Assembly: GCA_030390025.1 (NCBI GenBank)
Contig: CM059432.1
Span: 148,616,001-148,680,000 of the forward strand
Reading direction: 5' to 3'
DNA length: 64,000 nt
DNA from: Squalus acanthias
Taxonomy: Eukaryota
The translations under genes and the position numbers were made by a program. Of the stretch, positions 37,650-50,156 are shown one piece after another (the stretch's first letter is position 1; each line of letters starts with the position of its first letter). The notes beneath the pieces are model-generated. The model saw only the letters and a program-made list of their open reading frames with translations, searched no databases and was not told the origin of the DNA.

Positions 37650-38730
37650 CATCAACCTGCATTTATATAGCACCTTAAACATAGTAGTATTAAGAAGTGT
37701 CTTAAAGGAGGAGAGAGCGGGAAAGAGGCGGAGCAGTTTAGCGAGGGAATTACAGAGCTTGGGGCCGAGACAGCTGAAGGCACGGCTGCCAATGGAGCGA
37801 AGGAAATCGGGGATGCACAAAAGGCCAGAATTGGAGGAACACAGAGTTCTCGGAGGGTTGCAGGGCTGGAGGAGGTTACAGAGATAGGAAGGGGCGAGGC
37901 CATGGAGGATTTGAACAGAAGGATGAGGATTTCTAATTTGAAGCATTGCTGGACCAGAAGCCAACGTAGGTCAGCGAGCAAAGGTGTGGTGGGTGAGCGG
38001 GACTTGGTGCGAGTTAGGGTATGAGCAGCAGAGCTCAAGTTTACTGAGGGTGGAAGGTGGGAGGCCAGCCAGGAGAGGATTGGAATAGTCGATCCTGGAG
38101 GTAACAAAGGCATGGATGAGGGGTCAGCAGCAGATGGGCTGAGGCAGGGGCGGAGACGGGCGATATTACAGAGGTGGAAGAAGGCGGTCTTGGTGATGGA
38201 GAGGATATGGGTTCAGAAGCTCAGCTCAAGTAGGATACTGAGGTTGCAAACAGTCTGGTTCAGCCTCAGACAGTGATCAGGGAGAAGGATGGAATCGATG
38301 GCTGGGGAATGGAGTTTGTGGCGGGGGTCGAAGACAATGGCTTCGGTCTTCCCAATATTTAATTGGAGGAAATTTCTGCTCATCCAACACTGGATGCCAG
38401 ACAAGCAGAGTGACAAATCAGAGGCCGTGGAGGGGTTGAGAGGTGATGGTGAGATAGAGCTGGGTGTCGTCAGCATACATGCGGAACCTGACGTGTTTTC
38501 AGATTATATCGCCAAGGGGCAGCATGTAGATTAGAAATAGGAGGGGGCCAAGGCTAGATCTTTGAGGGGCTCCAGAGGTAACGGTGTGGGAGCGGGAAGA
38601 GAACCATTGCTGTAGATTCTCTGGAAAGACAAGAATGGAACCAGGCGAGGGCAGTCCCACTTAGATGGACAATGGAGGAGAGGCTTTGGAGGAGGATGGT
38701 GTGGTCAAAGGCTACAGACAGGTCTAGAAT
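37650..38730 (-). mobile_element. L2-clade LINE 3' fragment
   Basis: WMSRNFLQLNIGKTE, LDLSVAFD and SRAFSCLGPKLCNSL motifs. Confidence 0.88.
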
Positions 38731-41231
38731 TGTCTGCTGAAGCACTTTTCCCTTTTTTTAAGGTGCGGAAGGGAATTCAGCTTTAAGAGCTGAAGACTCC
38801 CATTTGGGAATTCTTTTTAATGTTAATTTTTTTTCAGGAGGCAGTTGAGCTGTAAGGGCTAAAGACTGCCTATTTTTACATCATTTTAATTTTTTTCCAT
38901 TTCAGAAGGCATTGCCCTTTTAATAATCCCACAATGCTTTGTGAAATCACAGCCTCGCTGTTGAAGCAGCAACGCCGCTTGGGCCGCGACCACATTGAGG
39001 CCTGCTGCCGGGACCACCACCACCACCAGGACAGCGGTACACTGTCAGTTTAGCGCTGAGTTAATGATAATTAGTCCCCAGCGCCAATGTTTTGGTCCGG
39101 CCAGCGCCACCATTTTCGGCGGCCGTTAACCTCCGGCCGGCCGCGGTGACTCTGGCAGCTTTTGTGCCGACCACAAATTTCTAAGCCTATAATTCATCTG
39201 CCATTCCTTAGCTCATCCACTTAAGGGGCAATTTTCCAGTTTAATGCTCCTCGTCGGCAGCCACGCCCTCCGGGAGCACGGAGTCAGAAAAATGATCCCT
39301 TTAATGTATTCATGATTTGGACATAAAGCTTGGTGTCATCATAGCATTACTATTTTTATCTTCCTTGTTATTCTTAACAGCTGGGGATACAGACCAGGCC
39401 CATGCCGAACTCCATTAATCACTGCCTCCCAGACAGAGGATTTTCCATTTATCATAACCCTCTGCTTTCTGTTGTTGAATCTCTTTTGAATCCAGCTGGC
39501 AAATTTTTCATTTTAATTTCTAACTGCCTTAATTTTTGGAAAACCTAAGGAGAACTTGATTAAATGTCCTCTGGAAATCAAAAGTTATGTCAAATGAATT
39601 GTTTTTGCCCTCTAATTTACTGCAGGCTCAAAGAAATCCAGGCTATCAAATAATTCACAATTCTTTCAAATTTTCCATTTATTTCTTTGCTGTTCTGCTT
39701 CCTTCTATCCGTGTTCTTCTTCACCTGTACATACCTATTATAACTATCCATGCATGATGTCTCTCTCTCCGTCTTTCCCCTGCTGCCTTTGACTGCCTGA
39801 TTGCACAAGCATTCCCCATTACAGCAAGGGCTAGTTAGTGCAAACATGATCCAATTAGACCCAGAGCTTTGAACAACAAATCTAGAGGCCAAATATAGCC
39901 TCAAAATATTCTGGAGCCATCAGGGAAATCCAACAGTATTGGCACGTTAGAGATGGTGCAAAAAATATGAAGAGTTTTTTCAGTGTAGCTGCTGTTTATA
40001 CTGAATTTGCTCCACTTCCTTTAAGTAGTGTGGATCACAGACGACTTATTGAGCATACACTGCAAGGCTTTGATTTCGGTTGCACTGGAGTGCCGTACAC
40101 ATGTGGTGTGCAGGTGTGCCCACAAATGCCAAGTTCAGTGGCTTCGAACCTTTAGGCTACATTACTTAAATTGCAGGCAAATAACGCAGCAAGGGTTCCT
40201 TAAATCAATGGGAAAGGTTGTCATTGGCAGCACTTTTGTTTCCATTTCACGCGCGCAGGGCACTGTATGAATAACACTTAGGCTGGAATGCAGGCTGCAT
40301 TTCACCAACTAACTGAGTTCAGTTGCAACTCAACACATCAGCGTCACACACCGTCACATCAACAGTGGATTTTGGTGAGCTAGATCTCCAAGATCCTGCC
40401 AATATTCTACTCCTCTTGTTACTTTGCTATTTAACCACACAAGTAGATTTCCTGCGGCACTGCTTAAAGTTATTCCCAGATCTGAAACACGTGGGTAAAT
40501 TGTAACACAGCCTGCACAATGCGTTCCCAACTCATTCCCGCCCCCCACCCATCATAACTCACCTCATAACAGCAGATAACATCATCGGCTCCGCAGCACC
40601 ATGTTTGGGAGGTCCACACGGGCACAACCCCCGTCAGCTGAGCCACAGCAGGAGTGATGGATTGGCCAGAAGAGGCCAACATAAGTCTAAAAATTTAACT
40701 TTCTGTGGAATCCTTGTGAGCCAGGAAAGTTCCCCCAGGCCCTGCAAGGAGTCCTTTCTCCTCCCCAGCTTCCAGCCAGCGTCGGCTGCCAAATCCCCTC
40801 CCCAGCACTAACTTTATGCCGTTCCCTTAGATCCCCATCATCCTCTGGCTCCTGGCACAATCTATGCTGCCGCCCGCCAGCTCTGACGCCACTCCCACCA
40901 GACCGTCCCACTTTATTCAAATGAAGACCGGGAGTAAGCTCGAGGAACAGCACCTCATCTTTCGATTAGGCACCCTACAGCCCTCTGGACTCAATATAGA
41001 GTTCAACAATTTCAGATCATAACCTCGGCCCCCTATCACATATATATATATATATATATATAATTTTTTATCCACACTTTTGTTTGGCCTTTTTTTCTTC
41101 TCCCCTCCCACATGGCAGCTGTCCTTCATTCTGCCAGCGCAATTCACACTTCGTCTAGAGCCATCCTTTGTTCCTTAACCTGTCCCATTACCACCTCCTC
41201 TTGCCTTGAATATCTCTTAATGTCTCTCAAT

Positions 41232-42113
41232 GGGGGAAAAATTCAGTTGGTTGCGCCTCCCGTTAGCGCCTTAAGAGGGCGCTAATGGGGCGCAAAGCAT
41301 CTAGTGCCCAGGTGTGGCGAAGTTTGCGCCGCTCGCGAAAATAACCAGACATTTTGCGGCGGCGCTAAACACTACCGCCACGATCTCCTGCGCCGGCAGA
41401 TCGTGACGTCAGTCGAGTGCGCAACGCCCCGGAGCGGATATTGAGTGGCGCCCCCTGCCTTACCGCCTGCCGCTAGCAACGACAGGTTGAGGGGAGCGTT
41501 CTCCAGTCATGAAGGGAAAGGGGGAGCGCTATTTAAAGGTGACCGCTTCCTGCCTTTTATTGTTGGTGCCATTTTTGAACTACGCATTCTGAGAGAGAGA
41601 GAGAGAGACTTCTGGAGAGATTCAACGTTGTGTGAAGGAGTTTTGGGTACTGAGCAGCACTTTGCAGGTTCATTTTGATTTGCCATTCCTTGTATCGATT
41701 TAGAAGAGACTGTGGGGGCTGCACTCTGAGCTCTTTGCCTGGTACTCTCCATTGTTCTTTCCAGCAGATTTGATGTGCAGGTCTCTCCAGGCCGAGATTC
41801 AAGGCTGCAATGAGCAGGATGTGGATGGAAAGCAAGATTAACCATCCCCTTTAAGAACTGGCCCGTGCCATTGTGTGTGTGTTCCATTGCTGACTGACAT
41901 CACATGAGCTTCGCCAGCGCTCTGAGGTAGCGCCTCACTCCTCGGCCTTTGCGCCTTAAGACAGGTGTGAGGCGCCTGATTTAGCGCTCCAATCACCTCC
42001 AGGGGCGATAAAAGTCAAGTTTGCAGTCGGTGGCGATAATTAGCGCCAGGCGCTAATCTTTGCGCCCGGCCGATAATTGCGCCCCAAATGGGGCGATACT
42101 GAATTTCTCCCCC
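41232..42113 (-). mobile_element. Internal-deletion derivative (MITE) of the Harbinger family, inverted orientation
   Basis: TIRs GGGGGAAAAATTCAGT / ACTGAATTTCTCCCCC; AAT TSD at 41229-41231 and 42114-42116; reverse-complement homolog of 24529-25421. Confidence 0.93.
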
Positions 42114-42238
42114 AATGTTTCTTAATCTCTCCTGCTTTCTATCCTATCACTGAGCTTCCCTTTTGTTCTTTCATCCCCTCCCCCTTTTCCAAGCCCCTAA
42201 ACTTGCTTTAAAATCTATTCCATTTCCTGCTTTTTTCC

Positions 42239-42275
42239 AGTTCTGACGAAAGGTCTTCGACCTGAAACGTTAACT
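42239..42275 (+). ncRNA. Minimal hammerhead ribozyme motif
   Basis: AGTT-CTGACGA-A-AGGTC-TTC-GACCT-GAAA-CGTT-AACT. Confidence 0.8.
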
Positions 42276-42344
42276 CTGTTTCTCTCTCCACGGATGCTGC
42301 CTGGCCTGCTGAGTTTTTCCCAGCGTTTTCTGTTGTAACCGGGG

Positions 42345-42515
42345 AGGTGGGTTCAATCCCAGCCCACACCCCAGCCCACCCCGAAAGGTGGGTTCAATCG
42401 CAGCCCACCCCGAAAGGTGGGTTCAATCGCAGCCCACCCCGAAAGGTGGGTTCAATCCCAGCCCACCCCGAAAGGTGGGTTCAATCCCAGCCCACACCCG
42501 AGCCCACCCCGAAAG
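42345..42515. repeat. 29-bp minisatellite (GGTGGGTTCAATCSCAGCCCACCCCGAAA), about 5 copies
   Basis: Direct tandem repetition visible. Confidence 0.85.
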
Positions 42516-44129
42516 CGCCACCAGTTAAACTCGACCCCAGTATTATCTATATTATCAGTATTATTGGATTCTAAAAAGGGGAATGTTTTAAGACTATGAT
42601 AATAACTTGAAGGTACATGTGCACATTTAATGTAGGATGTGAGCAGCTCCAGCATGGTAAGATCCTATCCCTCCCGTTTTAGGGTTTGTTTTATTTTGGT
42701 TGGATTGTAACTCTGCTCACTAATTGGATTTCTGCCTTGATTGATGAGTTGGTGGCGAGTTGGTGTAGGAATCAACTTCAAAATAACCAGCTTCAGGTTG
42801 GCTTTATCTATGCTCAGAGCTAGAAGATCAGGCAATGACCAGGTCCTGCTGGGTGTTTTGCAGCATCTATTTTATTCTTTATCGGCTTGTCTGCCTCCTA
42901 CAAAGTACAAGACGCCAGATTCCGAATATATCACTGCCAAATAGCAGAAGACAAAAACCTGGGCGTTAATAAAGCTCACAATCTAATACCATTTTCTCAA
43001 GCATTAAGCATTGAAATATCTTTTTAAGCACAATTAGAAATATTGTTCCTGACTTTGCTTTCAATGTGCTAACAGCATGTGTTTGTTTTTTTTGCCTTTC
43101 AGAGTGTAGTGATGGTACTCGGGTCAAATGAAAAGTCATTGTGCATGAACCTCATTGACATAAAATCTGAGGACTGCTGGATGAAGAGCCCTGTGAGAGA
43201 GAGGGAGCACGGTGCAGGCAATAAACAGTAATAGAGTTATTTATATGCTTTTTAGAAAGTTGTGTGTACAGCGTGGTGGTATTTCCATAATCTGTCAACA
43301 GTCCAAGATATATTCTCAATCCCTCTGGAATATTTTATGCTTGAACTTTCCTAAACAAAATATACAAGTCCTGGACGCTCCTCTGAAAACCTCTAGTAAA
43401 CAGCATAATTGGCTGCAGGTCCTTCTGGAGCCAGGGACCGAGGACTTTTAGAGTTGTCGTTGAAGCAGATTCACAATTAGCACGTGGTCCTACCAAACCT
43501 AGCTGGAGGCCATTTTGAGGAACACACAGTTCACTGAATATAAACTGGCAAAAACAATTCTCATAAAACGTATTTTCACAATTATTTTTAGAAACATCTT
43601 TAAAGAAGATTTATATTTGTGTTATTTGTAAGAGGATTTCCAAAACAATAAAACCTCCAAATTTTCAATGCCAGAGGGATATCGAAACAGCAACACTTGA
43701 GGTGCAAATATGCACAGCTCACAATCCAACAGGGGTCTGATAATAAGTACTGCTCATTAGTGCCTTCCCCAAATTGCACAATGCACATCTTGTGAGCTAT
43801 GAGACATTATAATTGGTGGCAGTATAATTGAAGCCTGTCAAAGTGAATGCATCCATTGTGAGGCAGCAGGCAACTCCACCCTTCAGCAAACCTTGCTATC
43901 TGTGCATTACTCAACAAAGTTTAGAACTGCCTTGCACAGCCAAGTGGGGGGGGGGGGTTTGCCAAAAATATGGGCAAGTCTGAAGAGCAAGATACAACAG
44001 CTGAGAGCACAAGCCCAGACAAAACTTCCTGCAGTTTACAGTTTGATTCATTTTCCAGCTGGATCTGAGAGCCCATTATCAAACACTGCAGTAAATTGTT
44101 TACTTTCGATACTCTTAAAGGACTCAAAG

Positions 44130-44583
44130 AACTTACATTATTACAGCATTTTCACATCTTCAGGACATCCTAAATGTGCTTTACAGCCAATGGATTACTT
44201 TTGAAGTGTAGTCACGGTTGTTTTGAAAGACAAATGCAGCAGCCAATTGGTAGGCAGCAAGATCCCACAAACAAGACGAGATAAATGACCAGTTAATCTG
44301 TTTTGATGGTGTTGGTTGAGGGATAAATATTGACCAGGACACCAGGAGAACTCTCTGCTTTTCTTTGAATATTGCCATGGAATCTTTTACATCCACCGGA
44401 ACAGTCAGATGGGACCTTGTTCTAAGATCACATCCAAAAGACAGCGCTTCCAACAGTGCAGCACTTCCTCAGTACTGCACTAAAGTGTCAGCATAGGTTA
44501 GGTGCTCCAGTCCTGGAATTGGGTTTGAACCCACAACCATCTAACTTAGCAGCAACAGAGGTACCACTGGGCCAAGACTGACA
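44130..44583 (-). mobile_element. tRNA/Deu SINE, full length, diverged
   Basis: Collinear with 57236-57690. Confidence 0.8.
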
Positions 44584-44795
44584 TAAGTCTGTGGCTCTGC
44601 TTTAAAGGGATAGAGGTATTAGACAATCAAACATTCTTTATTGTCCATTATAAATTGTGATGTAACAAATTTCCAATCAAATTGCTGCAAACTAGGTTGG
44701 CCAGAACTTTATAGGATGAATTCACCAATCGCATTGTCCCAGTGGGGAGCCAAGCTCGAAGGGAGCACAGGTCACAGAATTGGTCCAACGGTATT

Positions 44796-45518
44796 GGCCC
44801 AGATATTCCGATCGCAGACTTACCTGAGGGCTCCCGGGAGGCGCACAATTCCGATCCTGGGCCTCTCCAAACTGCCGGTGCGCAGGGCCCACGTATCCCA
44901 GAGGCGCAGGTAGTTCGCAGCGTCCCTGGGATCACGTGGGCCATGGGGAGCCAATCAGAGAAGGAAATCTCCCTTCATACATTTGACAGGAAGACCTGTC
45001 AAATATATGAATGGAGATCACCCCCAAAACAAAGTCAAACTTTAAATACATTTTTTAAAAATCACATTTTTAAAATGACTTGGAAGTACAAATAAATTAA
45101 CTATTTTAAACAAAACTTTAAATTTTTGAAAAAAATAATTAAAGTTTTTTACGGGGCTAAAAATAAACGTACCTTTTTTTTTTAAAGAGTATTTTTAAAT
45201 GATAAATCAGTGGGAAAAAAAATGTTTTAATTACTTTTTTCAACTCTTATCCTGGTAAAAGCAGGCCTTATGCTGCTTTTACCAGGCGCAAGAATTGTAA
45301 GGGTTTTCTGCGGGCGGAGGGTCTCCAAAAAGCGGAACTGTCCGCCCACAGAGGCCCTTCTCCAGGGCAGCCGGAGGATCTGTCAAGAGGATTCTTGACA
45401 GATCGGAAAGGCCGGTTTCCAGCGCATGCGCAGTGCATGCCTGAAACCGGCATTTCCAATGTCCCTACGGGTGGCTACACAGCGCGTACACACCCGTAGG
45501 GATCGGAATATCCGGCCC
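44796..45518. mobile_element. ~720-bp MITE with 3-bp TSD (PIF/Harbinger-type)
   Basis: TIRs GGCCCAGATATTCCGATC / GATCGGAATATCCGGCCC; ATT TSD at 44793-44795 and 45519-45521. Confidence 0.85.
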
Positions 45519-45874
45519 ATTGTGGCTGTGACTCCGACCCACACTCCCTTCTAGCATGGCTCCCCTCTATCCAATCCATCGGAGACCAGTTAACCTTTCA
45601 TCTCTCTGAATTGACAGGACAGCAAGAATGTGAATTTACTCCCATAAAAAATACACCATTCACTATTTTGTTTATATTACTTTTTGCTGAATGAATCCCA
45701 CACATAACAACACATAACAGTGTTCTACACTAACCACATCCACGCTTTGGTCAACTCAAGGCCCCATTTCTGCAGGGTTCTCTGCACTAAACTCTCAAGC
45801 TCCTCCTCATCAAGTCTCACATGTGGGCAGTCATGTGGCTTCCTGCCTCCTGGAGCATTTCCTGGAACAGCCAT

Positions 45875-46265
45875 GGTGTTAAGAGGTGTTTAAAATCATG
45901 AAGGGATTAGATAGAGTAAATAAAGAGAAACTGTTTCCAATGGCTGAAGGGTCAATTGCCAGAGGATTCAGATTTATGGTAACTGGAAAAGAGCCAGAGG
46001 CGACAGGAGGAAAATGTTTTTACGCAACGAGTGCTTAGGGATTTGGAATGCACTGCCTGATAGGGCGGTGGATACAGATTCAATAGTAGCCTTCAAAAGG
46101 GAATTGGATAAATACTTGAAGGAGAAAAAAATTGCAGGGGTATGGGGAAAGAGCGAAAGAGCGAGGGAGTGGGACTAACTGGATTGCTCTTCGAAAGAGT
46201 CGGCGCAGACTCGATGGGCCGAATAGCCTCCTTCTGTGCTGCACTATTCTATGATTCTATGATTT
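45875..46265 (+). mobile_element. CR1 3' end with (ATTCTATG)n tail
   Basis: Similar to 7730-8070. Confidence 0.85.
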
Positions 46266-46659
46266 ATCCCTTTTGAAAGTTACTGCTTCCAGCATTCTTT
46301 CAGGCATTCATTCCAGATCACAACATAAGAAAAACTCCTCATCTCCCATCTGGTTCTATTACTAATTACCAGTGTCTGGTTACCAACCCTTTTGCCAGTG
46401 GAAACCGTTTCTCCTTATTTACTCTCTCAAAACCCTTTATCCAAAACTCTGCCGCCAGTATCCTGGCCCTGATTTCAGTCCCGCTCACCTATTAAACCTG
46501 ACCTTGATGAGCTCAACAGGCTCCCCATCTCCCAACACATTGACTTCAAAATTCTTGCCTTCATATACAAATCCCTCCATGACCCTCGCAACATCCTTTC
46601 TGCGCTAAACATCCTTACACTTGTCGAGTGGCAATTAGTACCAAATTCAAATTATGCTG

Positions 46660-47790
46660 CAAGCCCGAGTGCTGAATTCAGAGCACTGTTATACTACAGG
46701 CCCGAGTGCTGAATTCAGGGCACTGTTATACTACAGGTCCTAGTGCTGAATTCAGAGCACTGTTATACTACAGGTCCTAGTGCTGAATTCAGGGCACTGT
46801 TATACTACAGGCCCGAGTGCTGAATTCAGAGCACTGTTATACTACAGGCCTTAGTGCTGAATTCAGGGCACTGTTATACTACAGGTCCTAGTGCTGAATT
46901 CAGGGCACTGTTATACTACAGGCCCGAGTGCTGAATTCAGAGCACTGTTATACTACAGGTCCTAGTGCTGAATTCAGAGCACTGTTATACTACAGGCCTT
47001 AGTGCTGAATTCAGGGCACTGTTATACTACAGGCCCGAGTGCTGAATTCAGAGCACTGTTATACTACAGGTCCTAGTGCTGAATTCAGGGCACTGTTATA
47101 CTACAGGCCCGAGTGCTGAATTCAGAGCACTGTTATACTACAGGTCCTAGTGCTGAATTCAGGGCACTGTTATACTACAGGCCCTAGCGCTGAATTCAGA
47201 GCACTGTTATACTACAGGTCTTAGTGCTGAATTCAGAGCACTGTTATACTACAGGTCTTAGTGCTGAATTCAGAGCACTGTTATACTACAGGTCTTAGTG
47301 CTGAATTCAGAGCACTGTTATACTACAGGCCCTAGTGCTGAATTCAGGGCACTGTTATACTACAGGCCCTAGTGCTGAATTCAGGGCACTGTTATACTAC
47401 AGGTCTTAGTGCTGAATTCAGGGCACTGTTATACTACAGGCCCTAGTGCTGAATTCAGGGCACTGTTATACTACAGGTCTTAGTGCTGAATTCAGGGCAC
47501 TGTTATACTACAAGCCCTAGTGCTGAATTCAGGGCACTGTTATACTACAGGCCCGAGTGCTGAATTCAGGGCACTGTTATACTACAGGTCCTAGTGCTGA
47601 ATTCAGGGCACTGTTATACTACAGGCCCTAGTGCTGAATTCGGGGCACTGTTATACTGCAGGTCCTAGTGCTGAATTCAGGGCACTGTTATACTACAGGT
47701 CTTAGTGGTGAATTCAGGGCACTGTTATACTACAGGCCCTAGTGCTGAATTCGGGGCACTGTTATGCTACAGGCCTTAGTGCTGAATTCA
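46660..47790. repeat. 37-bp minisatellite, about 30 copies (AGTGCTGAATTCAGRGCACTGTTATACTACAGGYCYK)
   Basis: GAATTC recurs every 37 bp from 46674 to 47784. Confidence 0.97.
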
Positions 47791-47834
47791 AGTCAGTGAT
47801 ATGCTACAGAAAGCCAAATTTTAAGCAAGGGACT

Positions 47835-49270
47835 CTAGTTCTCTAGATTCAGGAACCGTCCCTTTAGATTGGAAAATTGCGCATGTCTCTCCGCTTTTTA
47901 AGAATGGCGAGAGAGGGAAACCAGGGAATTATAGGCCAGTTAGCCTAACATCTGTTGTCAGGAAATTGCTAGAGTTTATAATTAAGGATAGAGTGACTGA
48001 GCACCTCGAAAATTTTCAGTTGATCAGAGAGAACCTGATTGAATTTTTTGAGGAGGTGACTGAAGTAGTGGATAGGGGAATGTCTATGGATGTTATTTAT
48101 ATGGACTTCCAGAAGGCATTTGATAAAGTCCCTCATAAGAGACTGTTAGCTAAAGTTCAAGCTCATGGAATTGAGGCAAATTATTGACCTGGTTAGGAAA
48201 TTGGCTGAATGGCAGGAGCCAGAGAGTAGGGATAATGGATAGGTACTCAAATTGGCAGGATGTGATGAGTGGTGTCCCGCAGGGATCTGTGTTGGGGCCT
48301 CAACTATTCACAGCATTTATTAATGACTTAGATGTTGGCATAGAAAGTCACATATCCAAATTTGTCGATGACACAAAGATAGGTGGCATTGTAAGCAGTG
48401 TAGATGGAAGCATAAAATTACAAAGAAATATTGATAGATTAAGTGAATGGGGAAAAACTGTAGCAAATGGATTTCAATGTAAGCAAATGTGAGGTCATCC
48501 ACTTTGGACCTAAAAAGGATAGAACAGATACTTTCTAAATGGTGAAAAGCTAAAAACAGTGGAGGTCCAAAGAGACTTGTGGGTCCAGGTACATAGATCA
48601 TTAAAATGTCATGAACAGGTACAGAAAATAATCAAAAAGCCGACTGAATGCTGGCCTTTATATCTAGAGGACCAGAATACAAGGGGGTAGAAGTTATGCT
48701 GCAGCTATACAAAACCCTGGTTAGACCACACCTGGAGCACTGTGAGCAGTTCTGGGCACCACACCTTAGGAAAAGATATATTGGCCTTGGAGGGAGTGCA
48801 GCGCAGGTTTACCAGAATGATACCCGGACTTCAAGGGTTAAATTACAAGGAGAGATTACACAAATTAGGGTTGTATTCCCTAGAATTTAGAAGTTTAAGG
48901 GGCGATCTGATCGAAGTTTTCAGGATATTAAGGGGAACAGATAGGGTAGATAGAGAGAAACTAGTTCCGCTGGTTGGGGATTCTAGGACTAGGGGGCATA
49001 GTCTAAAAATTAGAGCCAGACCTTTCAGGAGTGAAATTAGGAAACACTTCTACACACAAAGGGTGGTAGAAGTTTGGAACTCTCTTCCGAAAACGGTAAT
49101 TGATGCTAGATCAATTGTTAATTTTAAATCCGAGATTGATAGCTTTTTGTTAACCAAAGGTATTAAGGGATATGGGCCAAAGGCGGGTATATGGAGTTAG
49201 ACCACAGATCAGCCATGATCTCATTGAATAGCGGAGCAGGCTCGAGTGGCTGAATGGCCTCCTCCTGTTT
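47835..49270 (+). mobile_element. CR1 LINE, RT domain to 3' end, frameshifted
   Basis: YMDFQKAFDKVPH, GVPQGSVLGP, FVDD and RKHFYTQRVVEVWNSLP spread over several frames. Confidence 0.93.
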
Positions 49271-49379
49271 CTGTGGACTCTCTCCAATCCTTCTTCCTTT
49301 CAAACCAGAACACATCCTCACAAGACAGCTCTGCATACCTAAATTTTAAGTGGCACCAGTTGGCACCAACACGAACCAT

Positions 49380-49830
49380 AAGAAACAAATTGCATATAAA
49401 TATATATATATATATATCCAGAGCCTTTCACAACCTCAGGACATTCCCAAGCTCTTCACAGCCAATGAAGTGCTTTTTAAAGTGTAGCCACCATTGTAAT
49501 GTAGAAAGTGTAGCAGTTGATTGACACACTGCAAGGTCCCACAAACAGCAATGAGATTAATGACCACATAATCTGTTTTAGTGGTATTGGTTGAGTGAAA
49601 AATATCAGGCTAGACACCTGGAGAACTCCCCCTGCTCTTTTGCAAAAAGCACCATGGGACATATAACAGTACCCAAAAGGGCAGAGGGGGGCCTCACATC
49701 TCAGCTGAAAGACAGCACCTCTGACAGTGCAGCACTCCCTCAGTAACTCACTGAAGTGTCAGCCTTCACTATGCGCTCAAGTCTCTGGAGTGGGGGCTTG
49801 ATCCCATGACCACTGAGCCAAAGCTGCCAT
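49380..49830 (-). mobile_element. tRNA/Deu SINE
   Basis: Collinear with 57236-57690. Confidence 0.78.
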
Positions 49831-50156
49831 TATATTATTATATTACATTATTAACCAGTCTTTAGCGACTGCACACAACCTAAACGTTTCCCACACACAC
49901 CTAAACCTGCTCCTTCCCTTAATGAGCCCAAGACATAATCCTCCTAGATCATTTTTTTGACCAGGACTAAACCATCAGCTACCAATAGCAAAGGCTCCTT
50001 AATAACCTATTCATAATTGCAAACGAGAGTTTATCCACTGAAAGAATCAAATGATTCCTCTTTGCTAGATTCTGAATTGATGACTTGTTCAGGCCAGGGA
50101 TAATTCAGAGGTTTGAGATGTCTGGATAATACAAATAGACAGGTGATCACAATATT

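Larger units (their letters stand above)
40935..42336 (+). mobile_element. Penelope-like 3' fragment interrupted by a Harbinger MITE
   Basis: KLEEQHLIFRLGTLQPSGLNIEFNNFRS*; the tail resumes at 42114; approximate TSD ACCGGG(G)AG. Confidence 0.88.

Noticed and set aside
43102..43195. Plus-strand exon after a strong acceptor
   Set aside because: Isolated, weak donor, and no compatible partner exons found.
46660..47790. CRISPR array (37-bp palindromic repeats)
   Set aside because: Units are directly tandem with no unique spacers, there are no cas genes, and the context is a vertebrate genome.
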